Below the pieces are notes generated by a model. It ran no database searches, was not told the DNA's origin, and was given only the letters and a program-made list of their open reading frames with translations. Shown piece after piece: positions 36,097 through 45,322 of a stretch of DNA of 48,953 nt. Origin of the DNA: Nitrospiraceae bacterium (GTDB taxonomy: Bacteria > Nitrospirota > Nitrospiria > Nitrospirales > Nitrospiraceae); the NCBI GenBank assembly GCA_041608595.1, contig JBFISJ010000001.1, positions 1 through 48,953 of the forward strand. The letters run 5' to 3'. Made by a program: the position numbers and the translations under genes. The first letter of the stretch is position 1. Each line of letters starts with the position of its first letter.

Positions 36097-36427
36097 TTCG
36101 GAAGTGTTGGCGCCGCAGGTTCGAGACCGTTGGAACGGTTTCCTGCGTCAGGTCCTGACAACAACTGGGTCGAAATTCGTCTCGCGTTCGTGTCGCTTCC
36201 GGCACTCTCGCTCACCCGCCTTCGCAAGACTTGTCCGCCGAAGCTTTCGCGGAGGCGGACGCCGTGGCTGTCTAGCCATGAGGGAATGTGAGACGGGTGC
36301 CCTTCGACGGGGCTCAGGACGGTAAGCTAGTCGCGAACCGCTTCGGCGGCTTCCACCGAAGCTCTTAAGAGGCGCCACGGCTTCACAGCCGTGGGGTTCC
36401 ACAGAGGCCCAACGTAAAGCGTCTGCC

Positions 36428-37432
36428 ATGAAGATAGCCGTAGATGCGATGGGTGGGGACCATGGCGTGGCCCCGACCGTCGAAGGTGCCTGGGCAGCCG
36501 TGCAGGAGCTCGACCTGGAGGTCGTCCTAGTCGGCGACGAGGCTCAGGTGACCGGCCACCTGCAACGTCTCGGCTGCTCCGACCCCCGTGTGACGGTTCG
36601 ACATGCGCCCCAGGTGGTCGGGATGCACGAGTCGCCGTCGCAGGTCGCCCGCAAAAAGCGGGACTCGTCGGTTTGGATCGCTACCGAGCTCGTCAAGAGT
36701 GGCAATGCGGGTGCCGTGGTGAGCGCCGGGAACACCGGCGCGAGCATGGTGGCGGCGTTTTTCGTGTTCGGCGTCATCAAGGGGGTGGAGCGACCGGCCA
36801 TCGCGGCGGAGCTTCCCACGTTGACGGGATCGGCGATCATGCTCGACGTCGGCGCCAATGTGGACTGCACGGCCCGGAACATCGAGCAGTTCGCGCTCAT
36901 GGGAAACGAATACAGCCGACACCTGTTCAGCAAGTCGGAGCCGCGCGTCGGGCTCCTCAGCATCGGCGAAGAGGACAGCAAGGGCAACGAGGTGACGAAG
37001 GAGGCCTGGCGGCTCCTCAAAACGAGCCCCGTGAATTTCATCGGCAACATCGAGGGGCGGGACGTCTACAGCGGCGCGGCCGATGTGGTGGTGTGCGACG
37101 GCTTCATCGGCAACGTCGCGCTCAAGATCTCCGAGGGTGTGGCCGACGCCATGAAGCGCATGCTGCTCAAGGAGATTGCAGCGTCGCGCCTGGGCCGATT
37201 CGCCTACCTGTTCCTGGCCGGGTCTCTGATGCGATTTCGACGGCGCATGGACTATGCGGAATTCGGCGGCGCGCCGCTTTTGGGCGTCAACGGAATCACC
37301 ATGATTTGTCATGGGCGCTCCTCGGCGAAGGCGATCAAGAATGCCATCAAGCGGGCGAAGCGGCTGGCCGAGAGTCAGCTCAACGCGTCGATTCAGCAGG
37401 ACATCGAGGAAAGTCTCGCCCGCCGTCCATAA
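36428..37432 (+). CDS. plsX: phosphate:acyl-ACP acyltransferase
   Basis: MKIAVDAMGGDHG N-terminus and GFIGNVALK, in rpmF-plsX-fabH synteny. Confidence 0.95.
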   Translation: MKIAVDAMGGDHGVAPTVEGAWAAVQELDLEVVLVGDEAQVTGHLQRLGCSDPRVTVRHAPQVVGMHESPSQVARKKRDSSVWIATELVKSGNAGAVVSAGNTGASMVAAFFVFGVIKGVERPAIAAELPTLTGSAIMLDVGANVDCTARNIEQFALMGNEYSRHLFSKSEPRVGLLSIGEEDSKGNEVTKEAWRLLKTSPVNFIGNIEGRDVYSGAADVVVCDGFIGNVALKISEGVADAMKRMLLKEIAASRLGRFAYLFLAGSLMRFRRRMDYAEFGGAPLLGVNGITMICHGRSSAKAIKNAIKRAKRLAESQLNASIQQDIEESLARRP

Positions 37433-37456
37433 GAGTTCTTCGACAACGCGGTTCTG

Positions 37457-38431
37457 ATGAGAGCGTACATCAAAGGCACCGGCTCCTACGTCCCGGATCG
37501 CGTGCTAACCAATTCGGATCTGGAGCGTACGGTCGACACCTCCGACCAATGGATCGTGGAGCGCACGGGCATCCGTGAACGACGGATTGCTGCGCCTGGC
37601 CAGGCGTGCTCCGACCTTGGGGTCAAGGCGGCGGAGGGGGCGCTCGAGGCTGCGGGGGTCGGGCCGGGCGAGTTGGACATGATCCTGGTGGCCACCTGCA
37701 CGGCGGACGCCCCGCTGCCAGCGACGGCCTGTTTCCTGCAGCAAAAGCTCGGGGCTAAACGCGCCGCGGCCTGCGATGTCTCCGCGGCCTGCACGGGATT
37801 TATTTACGCGCTCGCGGTCGCCGACGCCTTCGTGCGGTGCGGCATGCAACACGTGCTCGTCGTCGGGGCCGAGGTGATGTCCATGCTGATGGACTGGACG
37901 GACCGCCGGACGTGCATCCTGTTCGGCGATGGCGCCGGGGCGGTCGTGGTCGCGCCGACCTCAGAGGAACGCGGCATCCTGTCTTCGCACTTGCATGCGG
38001 ACGGCAAGCTCTGGGATTTCATTTGCGTGCCGGGCGGCGGGGCCAGCATCCCGCCTTCCGAGAAGATGCTCGCCGACGGGCTCCAGTATTTGAAGATGAG
38101 AGGAAACGAGACGTTCAAAGTCGCCGTGCGCGCCATGGAAGAGGTTGCGCGCGAAGCCCTGGCCGCCAACCATCTCACGGTCGACGATGTCACGCTGTAC
38201 ATTCCCCACCAGGCGAACGTGCGGATCCTGAACGCGGTCGCCTCCCGCCTCGCGCTGCCCGAGCACAAGCTCGTGATGAACATGGATCGCTACGGCAACA
38301 CGTCGGCGGCATCGATCCCGCTGGCGCTGGATGAGGCGGTGCGGGAAGGGCGGGTGCAGAAAGGAGACCTCATCATGTTCGAAGCCTTCGGTGGAGGCCT
38401 CACCTGGGGAGCGACATTGCTGCGGTGGTAA
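37457..38431 (+). CDS. fabH: 3-oxoacyl-ACP synthase III
   Basis: Active-site Cys in AACDVSAACTGFIYAL, HQANVRI (His), NMDRYGNTSAASIPLAL (Asn), and a GGGLTWGA C-terminus. Confidence 0.95.
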   Translation: MRAYIKGTGSYVPDRVLTNSDLERTVDTSDQWIVERTGIRERRIAAPGQACSDLGVKAAEGALEAAGVGPGELDMILVATCTADAPLPATACFLQQKLGAKRAAACDVSAACTGFIYALAVADAFVRCGMQHVLVVGAEVMSMLMDWTDRRTCILFGDGAGAVVVAPTSEERGILSSHLHADGKLWDFICVPGGGASIPPSEKMLADGLQYLKMRGNETFKVAVRAMEEVAREALAANHLTVDDVTLYIPHQANVRILNAVASRLALPEHKLVMNMDRYGNTSAASIPLALDEAVREGRVQKGDLIMFEAFGGGLTWGATLLRW

Positions 38432-38446
38432 GCGCTCTCGCGAAGT

Positions 38447-38562
38447 AAAAGGGCAAAAGGAAAAATTAAAAAGTGAAGCGAAGAAAGGAGTCGTAACCCA
38501 CCGGTAGCCTCGGTGTGTGACGCTCCTAATCCGAACTTTTTAATCTTCCCTTTTGACTTTTT
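38447..38562. repeat. AT/purine-rich imperfect palindrome in the fabH-fabL spacer
   Basis: AAAAGGGCAAAAGGAAAAATTAAAAAGT (38447-38474) against the reverse complement of ACTTTTTAATCTTCCCTTTTGACTTTTT (38535-38562) gives about 23/28 matches. The 60-nt centre is GC-rich. Confidence 0.6.
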
Positions 38563-38583
38563 CGTTGAAGGAAGGGGGGCACA

Positions 38584-39399
38584 ATGAGCGAAGAGAAACG
38601 AGCGCTGGATGGGCAGTGGGCCCTGGTGCTGGGCGCATCCAGCGGGTTCGGTGAAGCCACCGCCCTGGAGCTTTCGCGTGCGGGCATGCATATCTTCGGC
38701 GTCCATTTGGACCGCAAGGCGACCTTGTCGAACGTCGACCGCATCACCGGCGAGATCCGCAAGCATGGCCGGGAAGCAGTGTTCTTCAATGCCAACGCAG
38801 CCGACGCGGACAAGCGCCAGGAGATCATCAAGGAGATGCAGGCGAAGTTGTCCTCGACCAGGCCGCCGCGTACGGTACATGTGCTGCTGCACTCCCTGGC
38901 CTTCGGCACGCTGAAGCCGTTCATCGCAAAAACGCCCAACGATGCCATCGGCAAGCCACACATGGACATGACCCTGGACGTCATGGCGAACAGCCTAGTC
39001 TACTGGGTGCAGGACCTGGTGGCACAGGGTCTCCTGGCGCGAGGCGGGCGGATCTTCGCGATGACGAGCGCCGGTGGCGCCCGAGTCTGGTCCACCTACG
39101 GCGCCGTATCGGCGGCCAAGGCGGCCCTCGAATCGCACATTCGCCAATTGACGCTGGAATTGGCGCCCCTGGGGGTGACGGCGAACGCCATCATGGCCGG
39201 GGTGACGGATACACCGGCCTTGCGCAAGATTCCCGGTTCTGACCAGATGATCGCGCTTGCGCAGCGGAAAAACCCATCCGGTCGATTGACCACTCCAGAG
39301 GACGTCGCCCGGGCGATCGGGTTGCTGAGCCGTCCCGAAGCCCAGTGGATCACGGGCAATGTCCTATGCGTGGATGGAGGCGAGTTTGTTGTGGATTGA
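38584..39399 (+). CDS. fabL: enoyl-ACP reductase, FabL-like SDR (probable)
   Basis: SDR Rossmann motif LVLGASSGFG. The catalytic spacing is Y-x6-K (YGAVSAAK), characteristic of FabI/FabL enoyl reductases rather than the Y-x3-K of classical SDRs. The C-terminal half resembles B. subtilis FabL from memory. The gene is embedded in the fab cluster. Confidence 0.6.
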   Translation: MSEEKRALDGQWALVLGASSGFGEATALELSRAGMHIFGVHLDRKATLSNVDRITGEIRKHGREAVFFNANAADADKRQEIIKEMQAKLSSTRPPRTVHVLLHSLAFGTLKPFIAKTPNDAIGKPHMDMTLDVMANSLVYWVQDLVAQGLLARGGRIFAMTSAGGARVWSTYGAVSAAKAALESHIRQLTLELAPLGVTANAIMAGVTDTPALRKIPGSDQMIALAQRKNPSGRLTTPEDVARAIGLLSRPEAQWITGNVLCVDGGEFVVD

Positions 39400-39553
39400 A
39401 TGGGATTGAAGGGTAGTTCGTCGAGCCGGTTGTGTCAGAGGCGTCCGTGCACGAAAGGTAATCTGCGCAACGATTCTGCGGCGTTGACAGGCGAAGTGGA
39501 GACACGCTCGCAAAGAGCTTTTTCCCGTTGACAACCGAAAAGGTTTGCCTCAT

Positions 39554-40510
39554 ATGATAAGCGCTATGTCCCCGGGTATCGGATTTGTCTTTCCCGGCCA
39601 GGGCTCGCAAGCGGTCGGGATGGGCAAAGCCCTCTGCGAGGCCAATCCGGACAGCCGGAGGATCTACCAGGAAGCCAGCGACATCCTCGGGTACGACGTC
39701 GCCGCACTCTGCTTCGAGGGGCCAGCCGAACGCCTTAATCTGACGGAATTCACGCAACCAGCGCTGCTCACGGCCAGCCTGGCCGTGCTTCGGCTGCTCG
39801 AGCAGCGGGGACGGCCGCCGGCGGCCGTCGCGGGACATAGCCTCGGGGAGTACTCAGCCTTGGTCGCTGCGGGCGGTCTGAAGTTTGGCGCGGCGGTCTC
39901 CCTCGTACAGAAGCGTGGCCAATACATGTCCGAAGCCGTGCCCCCGGGGACCGGCATGGTGGTGGCGTTGCTTGGGCTGTCCGGCGAGGAGGTTCGGGCT
40001 GTCTGTGCCCGAGCTTCGGACAGCGGCGTCGTTGCGGCCGCGAACTATAATTCACCGGGGCAGGTCGTCATCGCCGGGGAGAAAGCGGCGGTCGAGCGGG
40101 CGATCCAGCTGGCTAAGGAGAAGGGATGCCGCAAGGCCGTCCCCCTTCCGGTCAGCGTGCCGGTGCACACGCCGCTCATGAACAGCGCAGCGGAGCGACT
40201 GGCTGTCGACATGGAACAGACGACATGGTCCGATCTCAGCATCCCGCTCGTCAATAACGTCGATGCGAAGGCGATCCGGTCCGCGGTGGATGTGCGGGAC
40301 TCCCTGGTCCGCCAGCTCCCGTCCCCCGTGAGGTGGGAAGAGTCGGTTAAAGTCATGTACGATATGGGGGTCCGCCTGTTCGTCGAGGTCGGTCCGGGAA
40401 CCGTTCTGTCGGGGTTGATCAAGCGGATCCTCCCCGACGCCGTGATCGCGAACGTCCAGGACGCCGCTTCCCTTGAGAAAACACTCGCAACCCTGAGCAC
40501 CACGCCATAA
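39554..40510 (+). CDS. fabD: malonyl-CoA:ACP transacylase
   Basis: FVFPGQGSQAVGMG N-terminus and the active-site GHSLGEYSAL. Start is ATG 39554 or ATG 39566. Confidence 0.95.
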   Translation: MISAMSPGIGFVFPGQGSQAVGMGKALCEANPDSRRIYQEASDILGYDVAALCFEGPAERLNLTEFTQPALLTASLAVLRLLEQRGRPPAAVAGHSLGEYSALVAAGGLKFGAAVSLVQKRGQYMSEAVPPGTGMVVALLGLSGEEVRAVCARASDSGVVAAANYNSPGQVVIAGEKAAVERAIQLAKEKGCRKAVPLPVSVPVHTPLMNSAAERLAVDMEQTTWSDLSIPLVNNVDAKAIRSAVDVRDSLVRQLPSPVRWEESVKVMYDMGVRLFVEVGPGTVLSGLIKRILPDAVIANVQDAASLEKTLATLSTTP

Positions 40511-40526
40511 GCCGCACGTTGACGCC

Positions 40527-41273
40527 ATGACCCCTCTTGATGGAAAGATCGCCATCGTGACAGGAGCCGCCCAAGGTATCGGCCGCGCCATTGCCGAAAC
40601 GCTCGCTCGGGCGGGTGCGGACGTCGCCGTCGCCGACCTGGATCCCGGTCGCTCGCAGGAGACCGTGGATGCCGTGGTTAAGCTGGGGCGCAAGGCCCTG
40701 AATGTCAAGGTGAACGTCGCGGATTGGGACGATGCCAAGGCCATGACCGATCAGGTCGTGAAAGAAATGGGCAAGATCGACATCCTGGTCAACAACGCCG
40801 GGGTCACGCGCGACGGCCTGGTCATGCGGATGAAGGAAGAGGACTGGAACCTCGTGCTGCAAGTCAACCTCTATGGGACCTTCCACTGCACGAAGGCGGT
40901 CCTGCAGCCCATGACGAAGCAGCGATCCGGTCGTATCGTCAACATCGCGTCGATCGTCGGCGCGATGGGCAACGCCGGGCAAGCCAACTACGCGGCCTCG
41001 AAGGCCGCGGTGATCGGATTCACGAAGACGGTGGCCCGCGAGTATGCGACCCGTCTGGTGACCGTGAACGCCGTCGCGCCCGGGTTTATCGATACAGCCA
41101 TGACGCAGACGCTGCCCGCGGACGTGAAAGAGACCTTGCAGAAGCAGATTCCTCTCGGGCGGTTGGGGCAACCGGCGGACATCGCCGAGGCCGTCCGGTT
41201 CCTGGTCTCGGACGAGGCCGGATATATCACTGGGCACGTGTTGCATGTCAACGGCGGCATGTTGATGGCATGA
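40527..41273 (+). CDS. fabG: 3-oxoacyl-ACP reductase
   Basis: [24 protein letters not shown], the [13 protein letters not shown] (Y-x3-K) motif and a HVNGGMLM C-terminus. Confidence 0.95.
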   Translation: MTPLDGKIAIVTGAAQGIGRAIAETLARAGADVAVADLDPGRSQETVDAVVKLGRKALNVKVNVADWDDAKAMTDQVVKEMGKIDILVNNAGVTRDGLVMRMKEEDWNLVLQVNLYGTFHCTKAVLQPMTKQRSGRIVNIASIVGAMGNAGQANYAASKAAVIGFTKTVAREYATRLVTVNAVAPGFIDTAMTQTLPADVKETLQKQIPLGRLGQPADIAEAVRFLVSDEAGYITGHVLHVNGGMLMA

Positions 41274-41361
41274 TCTTCCGTCCCCACGGAAACACGACAC
41301 AGGCATACATGTTGGTTTCGGACAAAAGGAGGTGAGTATGGGGAAGGAGGGAGAGAAAACA

Positions 41362-41592
41362 ATGACCGTAGAGGATCGGGTCAAAAAGATCATCGTCGAG
41401 CAGCTCGGCGTTGAGGAGGAGGACGTCACTCCGGAAGCCTCCTTCGTGGAAGATCTCGGAGCGGACTCCCTCGATACGGTCGAGCTGGTGATGGCCTTCG
41501 AGGAGGAATTCGACATCGAGATTCCCGACGAGGAGGCGGAGAAGATCCTCACCGTCGGGCGCGCGAACGAGTACATTAAAGAGAAGATGTAA
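41362..41592 (+). CDS. acpP: acyl carrier protein
   Basis: 76 aa with the phosphopantetheine site [19 protein letters not shown]. The ATG at 41362 follows GGAAGGAGGGAG. Confidence 0.96.
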   Translation: MTVEDRVKKIIVEQLGVEEEDVTPEASFVEDLGADSLDTVELVMAFEEEFDIEIPDEEAEKILTVGRANEYIKEKM

Positions 41593-41612
41593 TCAGGTAT
41601 CGGGACACGGGG

Positions 41613-42863
41613 GTGAATCACGCGCAAACACGACGGGTGGTGGTCACGGGCCTGGGCTTGGTCACGCCCTTGGGGACCGGGCTCGAAAAGACCTGGCAGG
41701 CGCTCTGCGCCGGGAAGTCGGGGGTGCGGCGCATCACGCGGTTCGACGCGACGGGATACGCGTCCCAAATCGCGGGGGAAGTGACCGACTTCGATCCGGC
41801 CCATTTCATCGAGAAAAAAGAAATCAAGAAAATGGATACGTTCATCCATTTCGCCGTCGGCGCCAGCCAGATGGCGGTGGATGACGCCGGCTTGAAGGTG
41901 ACACCGGACAGCGCCGAGCGTGTCGGCGTGTACATCGGGTCCGGCATCGGCGGGCTCCCCGCCATCGAGCACTATCACAAGATCCTGCTGGAAAAAGGCA
42001 ACGACCGTGTCACGCCCTTCTTCATTCCCATGGTCATCATCAACCTCGCGTCAGGTCAGGTGGCGATCCGCCTTGGTGCGAAGGGGCCCAATAGCTGCGC
42101 CGTGACCGCCTGTGCGACGGGCAATCACTGCATCGGTGACGCCTTTCGTCTCATCCAGCGAGGAGAGGCCGACGTGATGCTCGCGGGGGGCGCGGAATCC
42201 ACCATTTGCCCGTTGGCCGTGGCCGGATTCTCCGCCGCCAAGGCGCTGTCGCGACGCAACGACGACCCCGCCCGCGCGAGCCGGCCGTTCGACCGCGATC
42301 GGGACGGGTTCGTGCTCGGTGAGGGGGCGGGCGTCCTCGTCCTGGAGGAGTACGAGCGTGCCAGACAGCGGGGCGCACGGATGTATTGCGAGCTGGTCGG
42401 CTACGCCATGAACGCCGATGCCTATCACATCACCGCCCCGCCGGAGGACGGCGAGGGTGCCGTCCGGTGCGTGGAGCTGGCGCTCAAGGACGCCGGCGTG
42501 GCCAAGGAGGACGTGGGCTACATCAATGCCCATGCGACGTCCACCTTTGCCGACAAAATCGAGAGCCTGGCGCTCAAAAAGGTATTCGGCGAGCGAGCCC
42601 GCAAGATTCCTGTGAGTTCCACGAAATCGATGACCGGCCATCTCCTCGGGGCCGCTGGTGGTGTCGAAGCCGCGTTCACGGTGCTGGCCCTTCATCGAGG
42701 TGTGCTCCCGCCGACGATCAATCTGGATTCGCCGGATCCGGACTGTGACCTTGATTACGTGCCGGGGTCGGCGCGGAAAGCCACGGTCCAGATCGCCCTC
42801 TCGAATTCCTTCGGGTTCGGCGGTGTGAATGCCTGCCTGCTCTTCAGACGACTGGATCACTGA
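41613..42863 (+). CDS. fabF: 3-oxoacyl-ACP synthase II
   Basis: RRVVVTGLGLVTPLG N-terminus, an active-site Cys in VTACATG, NAHATST (His), a second His in KSMTGHLLGAAG, and a SNSFGFGGVNACLLF C-terminus. Confidence 0.95.
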   Translation: MNHAQTRRVVVTGLGLVTPLGTGLEKTWQALCAGKSGVRRITRFDATGYASQIAGEVTDFDPAHFIEKKEIKKMDTFIHFAVGASQMAVDDAGLKVTPDSAERVGVYIGSGIGGLPAIEHYHKILLEKGNDRVTPFFIPMVIINLASGQVAIRLGAKGPNSCAVTACATGNHCIGDAFRLIQRGEADVMLAGGAESTICPLAVAGFSAAKALSRRNDDPARASRPFDRDRDGFVLGEGAGVLVLEEYERARQRGARMYCELVGYAMNADAYHITAPPEDGEGAVRCVELALKDAGVAKEDVGYINAHATSTFADKIESLALKKVFGERARKIPVSSTKSMTGHLLGAAGGVEAAFTVLALHRGVLPPTINLDSPDPDCDLDYVPGSARKATVQIALSNSFGFGGVNACLLFRRLDH

Positions 42864-42897
42864 CCCGCCCGCCACGGTCGGCGCCACAGGAAGCACC

Positions 42898-43608
42898 ATG
42901 GAGTTTCCCCATCTCCAAGAGGCGGAACGCGCGATCCAGTATGTGTTCCAGCGTCAGGAGCTGCTCGAAGAAGCGCTCACTCACCGCTCCTATATCAACG
43001 AAGCCAGGATCAAGGGCCAGAAGGACAACGAGCGGCTGGAATTCCTCGGCGATGCGATTCTGGCGCTCCTGATCAGCCAGCGCCTCATCGCGATCTTCCC
43101 CGAGGATTCCGAGGGCGAGTTGTCGAAGAAAAAGGCCACCCTGGTGAGTGAGGTCTCGCTGGCTCAGGCCGCGCGCGAGCTGGACCTCGGGCGGTTCCTC
43201 CGCCTCGGACGTGGGGAAGAGCGGAGCCAGGGGCGTGAGAAGAACTCCCTGCTGGCCAACACGCTGGAGGCTATCGTAGCGGCGGTCTACCTCGATGGCG
43301 GGCTTGATGCTGCGGAGGCCCTGGCGGAGCGTGCCTTGAGGGGGCTCTTTCGGGACCTGCAGGACGTGGATGGCCGGGCTTACACGCGCGACTACAAGAC
43401 GCAATATCAGGAGTGGTGCCAGAAACAGTTCGAGACGCTGCCTCGCTACCTCACCGTCCGCGAGTCAGGGCCCGACCACCAGAAGACATTTGAGGTTCAG
43501 CTCACGCTCAACGGGGGCGTGGTCGGTGTGGGTGTCGGGCGGACCAAGAAGGAAGCGGAGCAGATGGCTGCAAAACAGGCGCTCGATCAGATCGAGCAGG
43601 CCTCATAA
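42898..43608 (+). CDS. rnc: ribonuclease III
   Basis: RNase III signature NERLEFLGDA and a C-terminal dsRBD (KDYKTQYQEW...GPDHQKTFEV...GRTKKEAEQMAAKQAL). Confidence 0.95.
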   Translation: MEFPHLQEAERAIQYVFQRQELLEEALTHRSYINEARIKGQKDNERLEFLGDAILALLISQRLIAIFPEDSEGELSKKKATLVSEVSLAQAARELDLGRFLRLGRGEERSQGREKNSLLANTLEAIVAAVYLDGGLDAAEALAERALRGLFRDLQDVDGRAYTRDYKTQYQEWCQKQFETLPRYLTVRESGPDHQKTFEVQLTLNGGVVGVGVGRTKKEAEQMAAKQALDQIEQAS

Positions 43609-43621
43609 GAGGAGGCGGACG

Positions 43622-44209
43622 ATGAAGATGTGCGTGTCTCCAGGAATACTCATGGCACTCATTTTGGGCGTGGGCGCGCTGGTCCTACCGCAGGGTCAGA
43701 CGGGTTGGGCGGCGGAAGAGAAAACGGCGCCGCACGCGGTCATCAAGACGAAGTTCGGGGAAATGGAGATCCGCTTCTTTCCCGAGAAGGCGCCGAAACA
43801 TGTCGAGAATTTCATCAAGCTCGGCAAGAAGGGATTTTACGACGGCAGCCTTTTCCATCGCGTGATCCCCGGCTTCATGATCCAGGGCGGCGATCCCTAT
43901 ACGAAGGATCCCAACAAGAAACATCTGTACGGCACCGGTGGGCCCGGCTACAACGTGAATGCGGAGTTCAATGACATCTCGCACAGCCGGGGCATCGTCT
44001 CCACGGCGCGGGCGGGGAACGATGTCAATAGTGCTGGCTCGCAGTTCTTCATTATGGTCGGCGACGCTCCCCAACTGGACGGCCAGTACACCGTGTTCGG
44101 CGAGGTGGTTCGGGGGATGGAGGTCGCAGATCAGATTGTGAACCAGCCGCGGGACAGGCGGGACTTGCCCCTCGATCGGGTGGAAATGGACGTGGATATA
44201 GTTGAGTAG
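43622..44209 (+). CDS. cyclophilin-type peptidyl-prolyl cis-trans isomerase, with an N-terminal signal-like segment
   Basis: FHRVIPGFMIQGGDP and GSQFFIM cyclophilin motifs. The hydrophobic N-terminus (ILMALILGVGALVL) suggests export. Confidence 0.9.
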   Translation: MKMCVSPGILMALILGVGALVLPQGQTGWAAEEKTAPHAVIKTKFGEMEIRFFPEKAPKHVENFIKLGKKGFYDGSLFHRVIPGFMIQGGDPYTKDPNKKHLYGTGGPGYNVNAEFNDISHSRGIVSTARAGNDVNSAGSQFFIMVGDAPQLDGQYTVFGEVVRGMEVADQIVNQPRDRRDLPLDRVEMDVDIVE

Positions 44210-44597
44210 CTGGGGGGCTGCCGGGCTTTCGCTTCCGGGCCTCCCGGAGCGACCCTTCCAGGCTGATGACCCATTGCACCAGGAAGAGCAACGGGTACTC
44301 CGCGGACGCCTTCCGCAATTTTCTCAGCCGCGGTTGCGGCAACCACGGTGCCGGGTACCCGGTGCTCCCCTGCTGCAGCGGGTGCTTCCGGCTTTCCTCC
44401 CCGGCGCAGCCTCGGTGGATGCCCCCCTTCCTCCCGGCCATGTTTGCTCAACCCCTGCAGCCCCTCTGGCTTATCAGGGAGGGGGAAGACAAACCAGCAG
44501 TTCCTCATCGTCGTTTCCTCAGTAGCGCATAATAGCTTGGCCCGCCTGCTCAATCGCCTCAGTGCCTTTCCCGCAGGCCCTACTCGTGGTATGAAGA

Positions 44598-45257
44598 ATG
44601 AGTGGGGATCTTCTCTCTGTGAAAAGAAACCAGGGGAGTACTGTGGAAGTCGTCGTCGAAAATCGAGGGCCGCGGTGGGTCGCGCTGACCGATGAGGATG
44701 CGGCGAGGGTCGCGGAGCTGATGCGAGGCGACTGGCCGGTGGAGGTGGAGATCGGCTGCGGGAGGGCGCTCTATGTGGTGACCCGGGCGGATGGGGACCG
44801 GGGGATCCAGTTCCTCGGGATCGATACCGCCGAGCGCTATCTCAAGCATGGGCGCCGACGTAGCCGGCGCAGGAACCTCAGCAATCTGCTGCTGGTGAAG
44901 GCCGATGCACGCGAGCTGATCCAGCGCTGCATCCCGGGCACACGCATCGCGGCGTTTCACGTCAATTTTCCGGATCCCTGGCCGAAGCGCCGTCACTCCA
45001 ACCGTCGCCTGCTTTCGCCCGAGTTTCTCCACATGCTGCGCGAACGGCTCAACAAGGGGGGAAAGCTCTTCGTCGCCACCGATGTCGAGGAATATTTCAG
45101 CCACGTTGAACGGACCGCGCGTGCCATGGAGCCGGGCTGGCGGGACATTCGCACGAGCGTCAACGCGCGACCCGATGGAAATCCAGCCCGCAGCGGCTAC
45201 GAAAACAAATGTCTGACGAAGGGCGCGCCCGTCTACTACCTCGAGCTGACCGCCTGA
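44598..45257 (+). CDS. trmB: tRNA (guanine46-N7)-methyltransferase
   Basis: VEIGCGRALYV (SAM site), FLGIDTA and VNFPDPWPKRRHSNRRLL motifs. Confidence 0.88.
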   Translation: MSGDLLSVKRNQGSTVEVVVENRGPRWVALTDEDAARVAELMRGDWPVEVEIGCGRALYVVTRADGDRGIQFLGIDTAERYLKHGRRRSRRRNLSNLLLVKADARELIQRCIPGTRIAAFHVNFPDPWPKRRHSNRRLLSPEFLHMLRERLNKGGKLFVATDVEEYFSHVERTARAMEPGWRDIRTSVNARPDGNPARSGYENKCLTKGAPVYYLELTA

Positions 45258-45322
45258 TCACCAGAGGCTCCTCGCCAGTCATCTGAAAGCTGGCTCTGCA
45301 TCGGGGAAAGCGGGAAGCTAAG

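Noticed and set aside
36100-36140. tRNA-like T-loop sequence GGTTCGAGACC just after rpmF.
   Set aside because: The flanking bases do not form a T-stem (GCAGG...CCGTT), and no acceptor, D or anticodon arms can be drawn. I found no tRNA anywhere in the window.
36150-36175. GTCAGGTCC, reminiscent of the SRP (4.5S) RNA domain IV.
   Set aside because: The conserved GGAAGGAAGCAG continuation and the symmetric-loop partner strand are absent.
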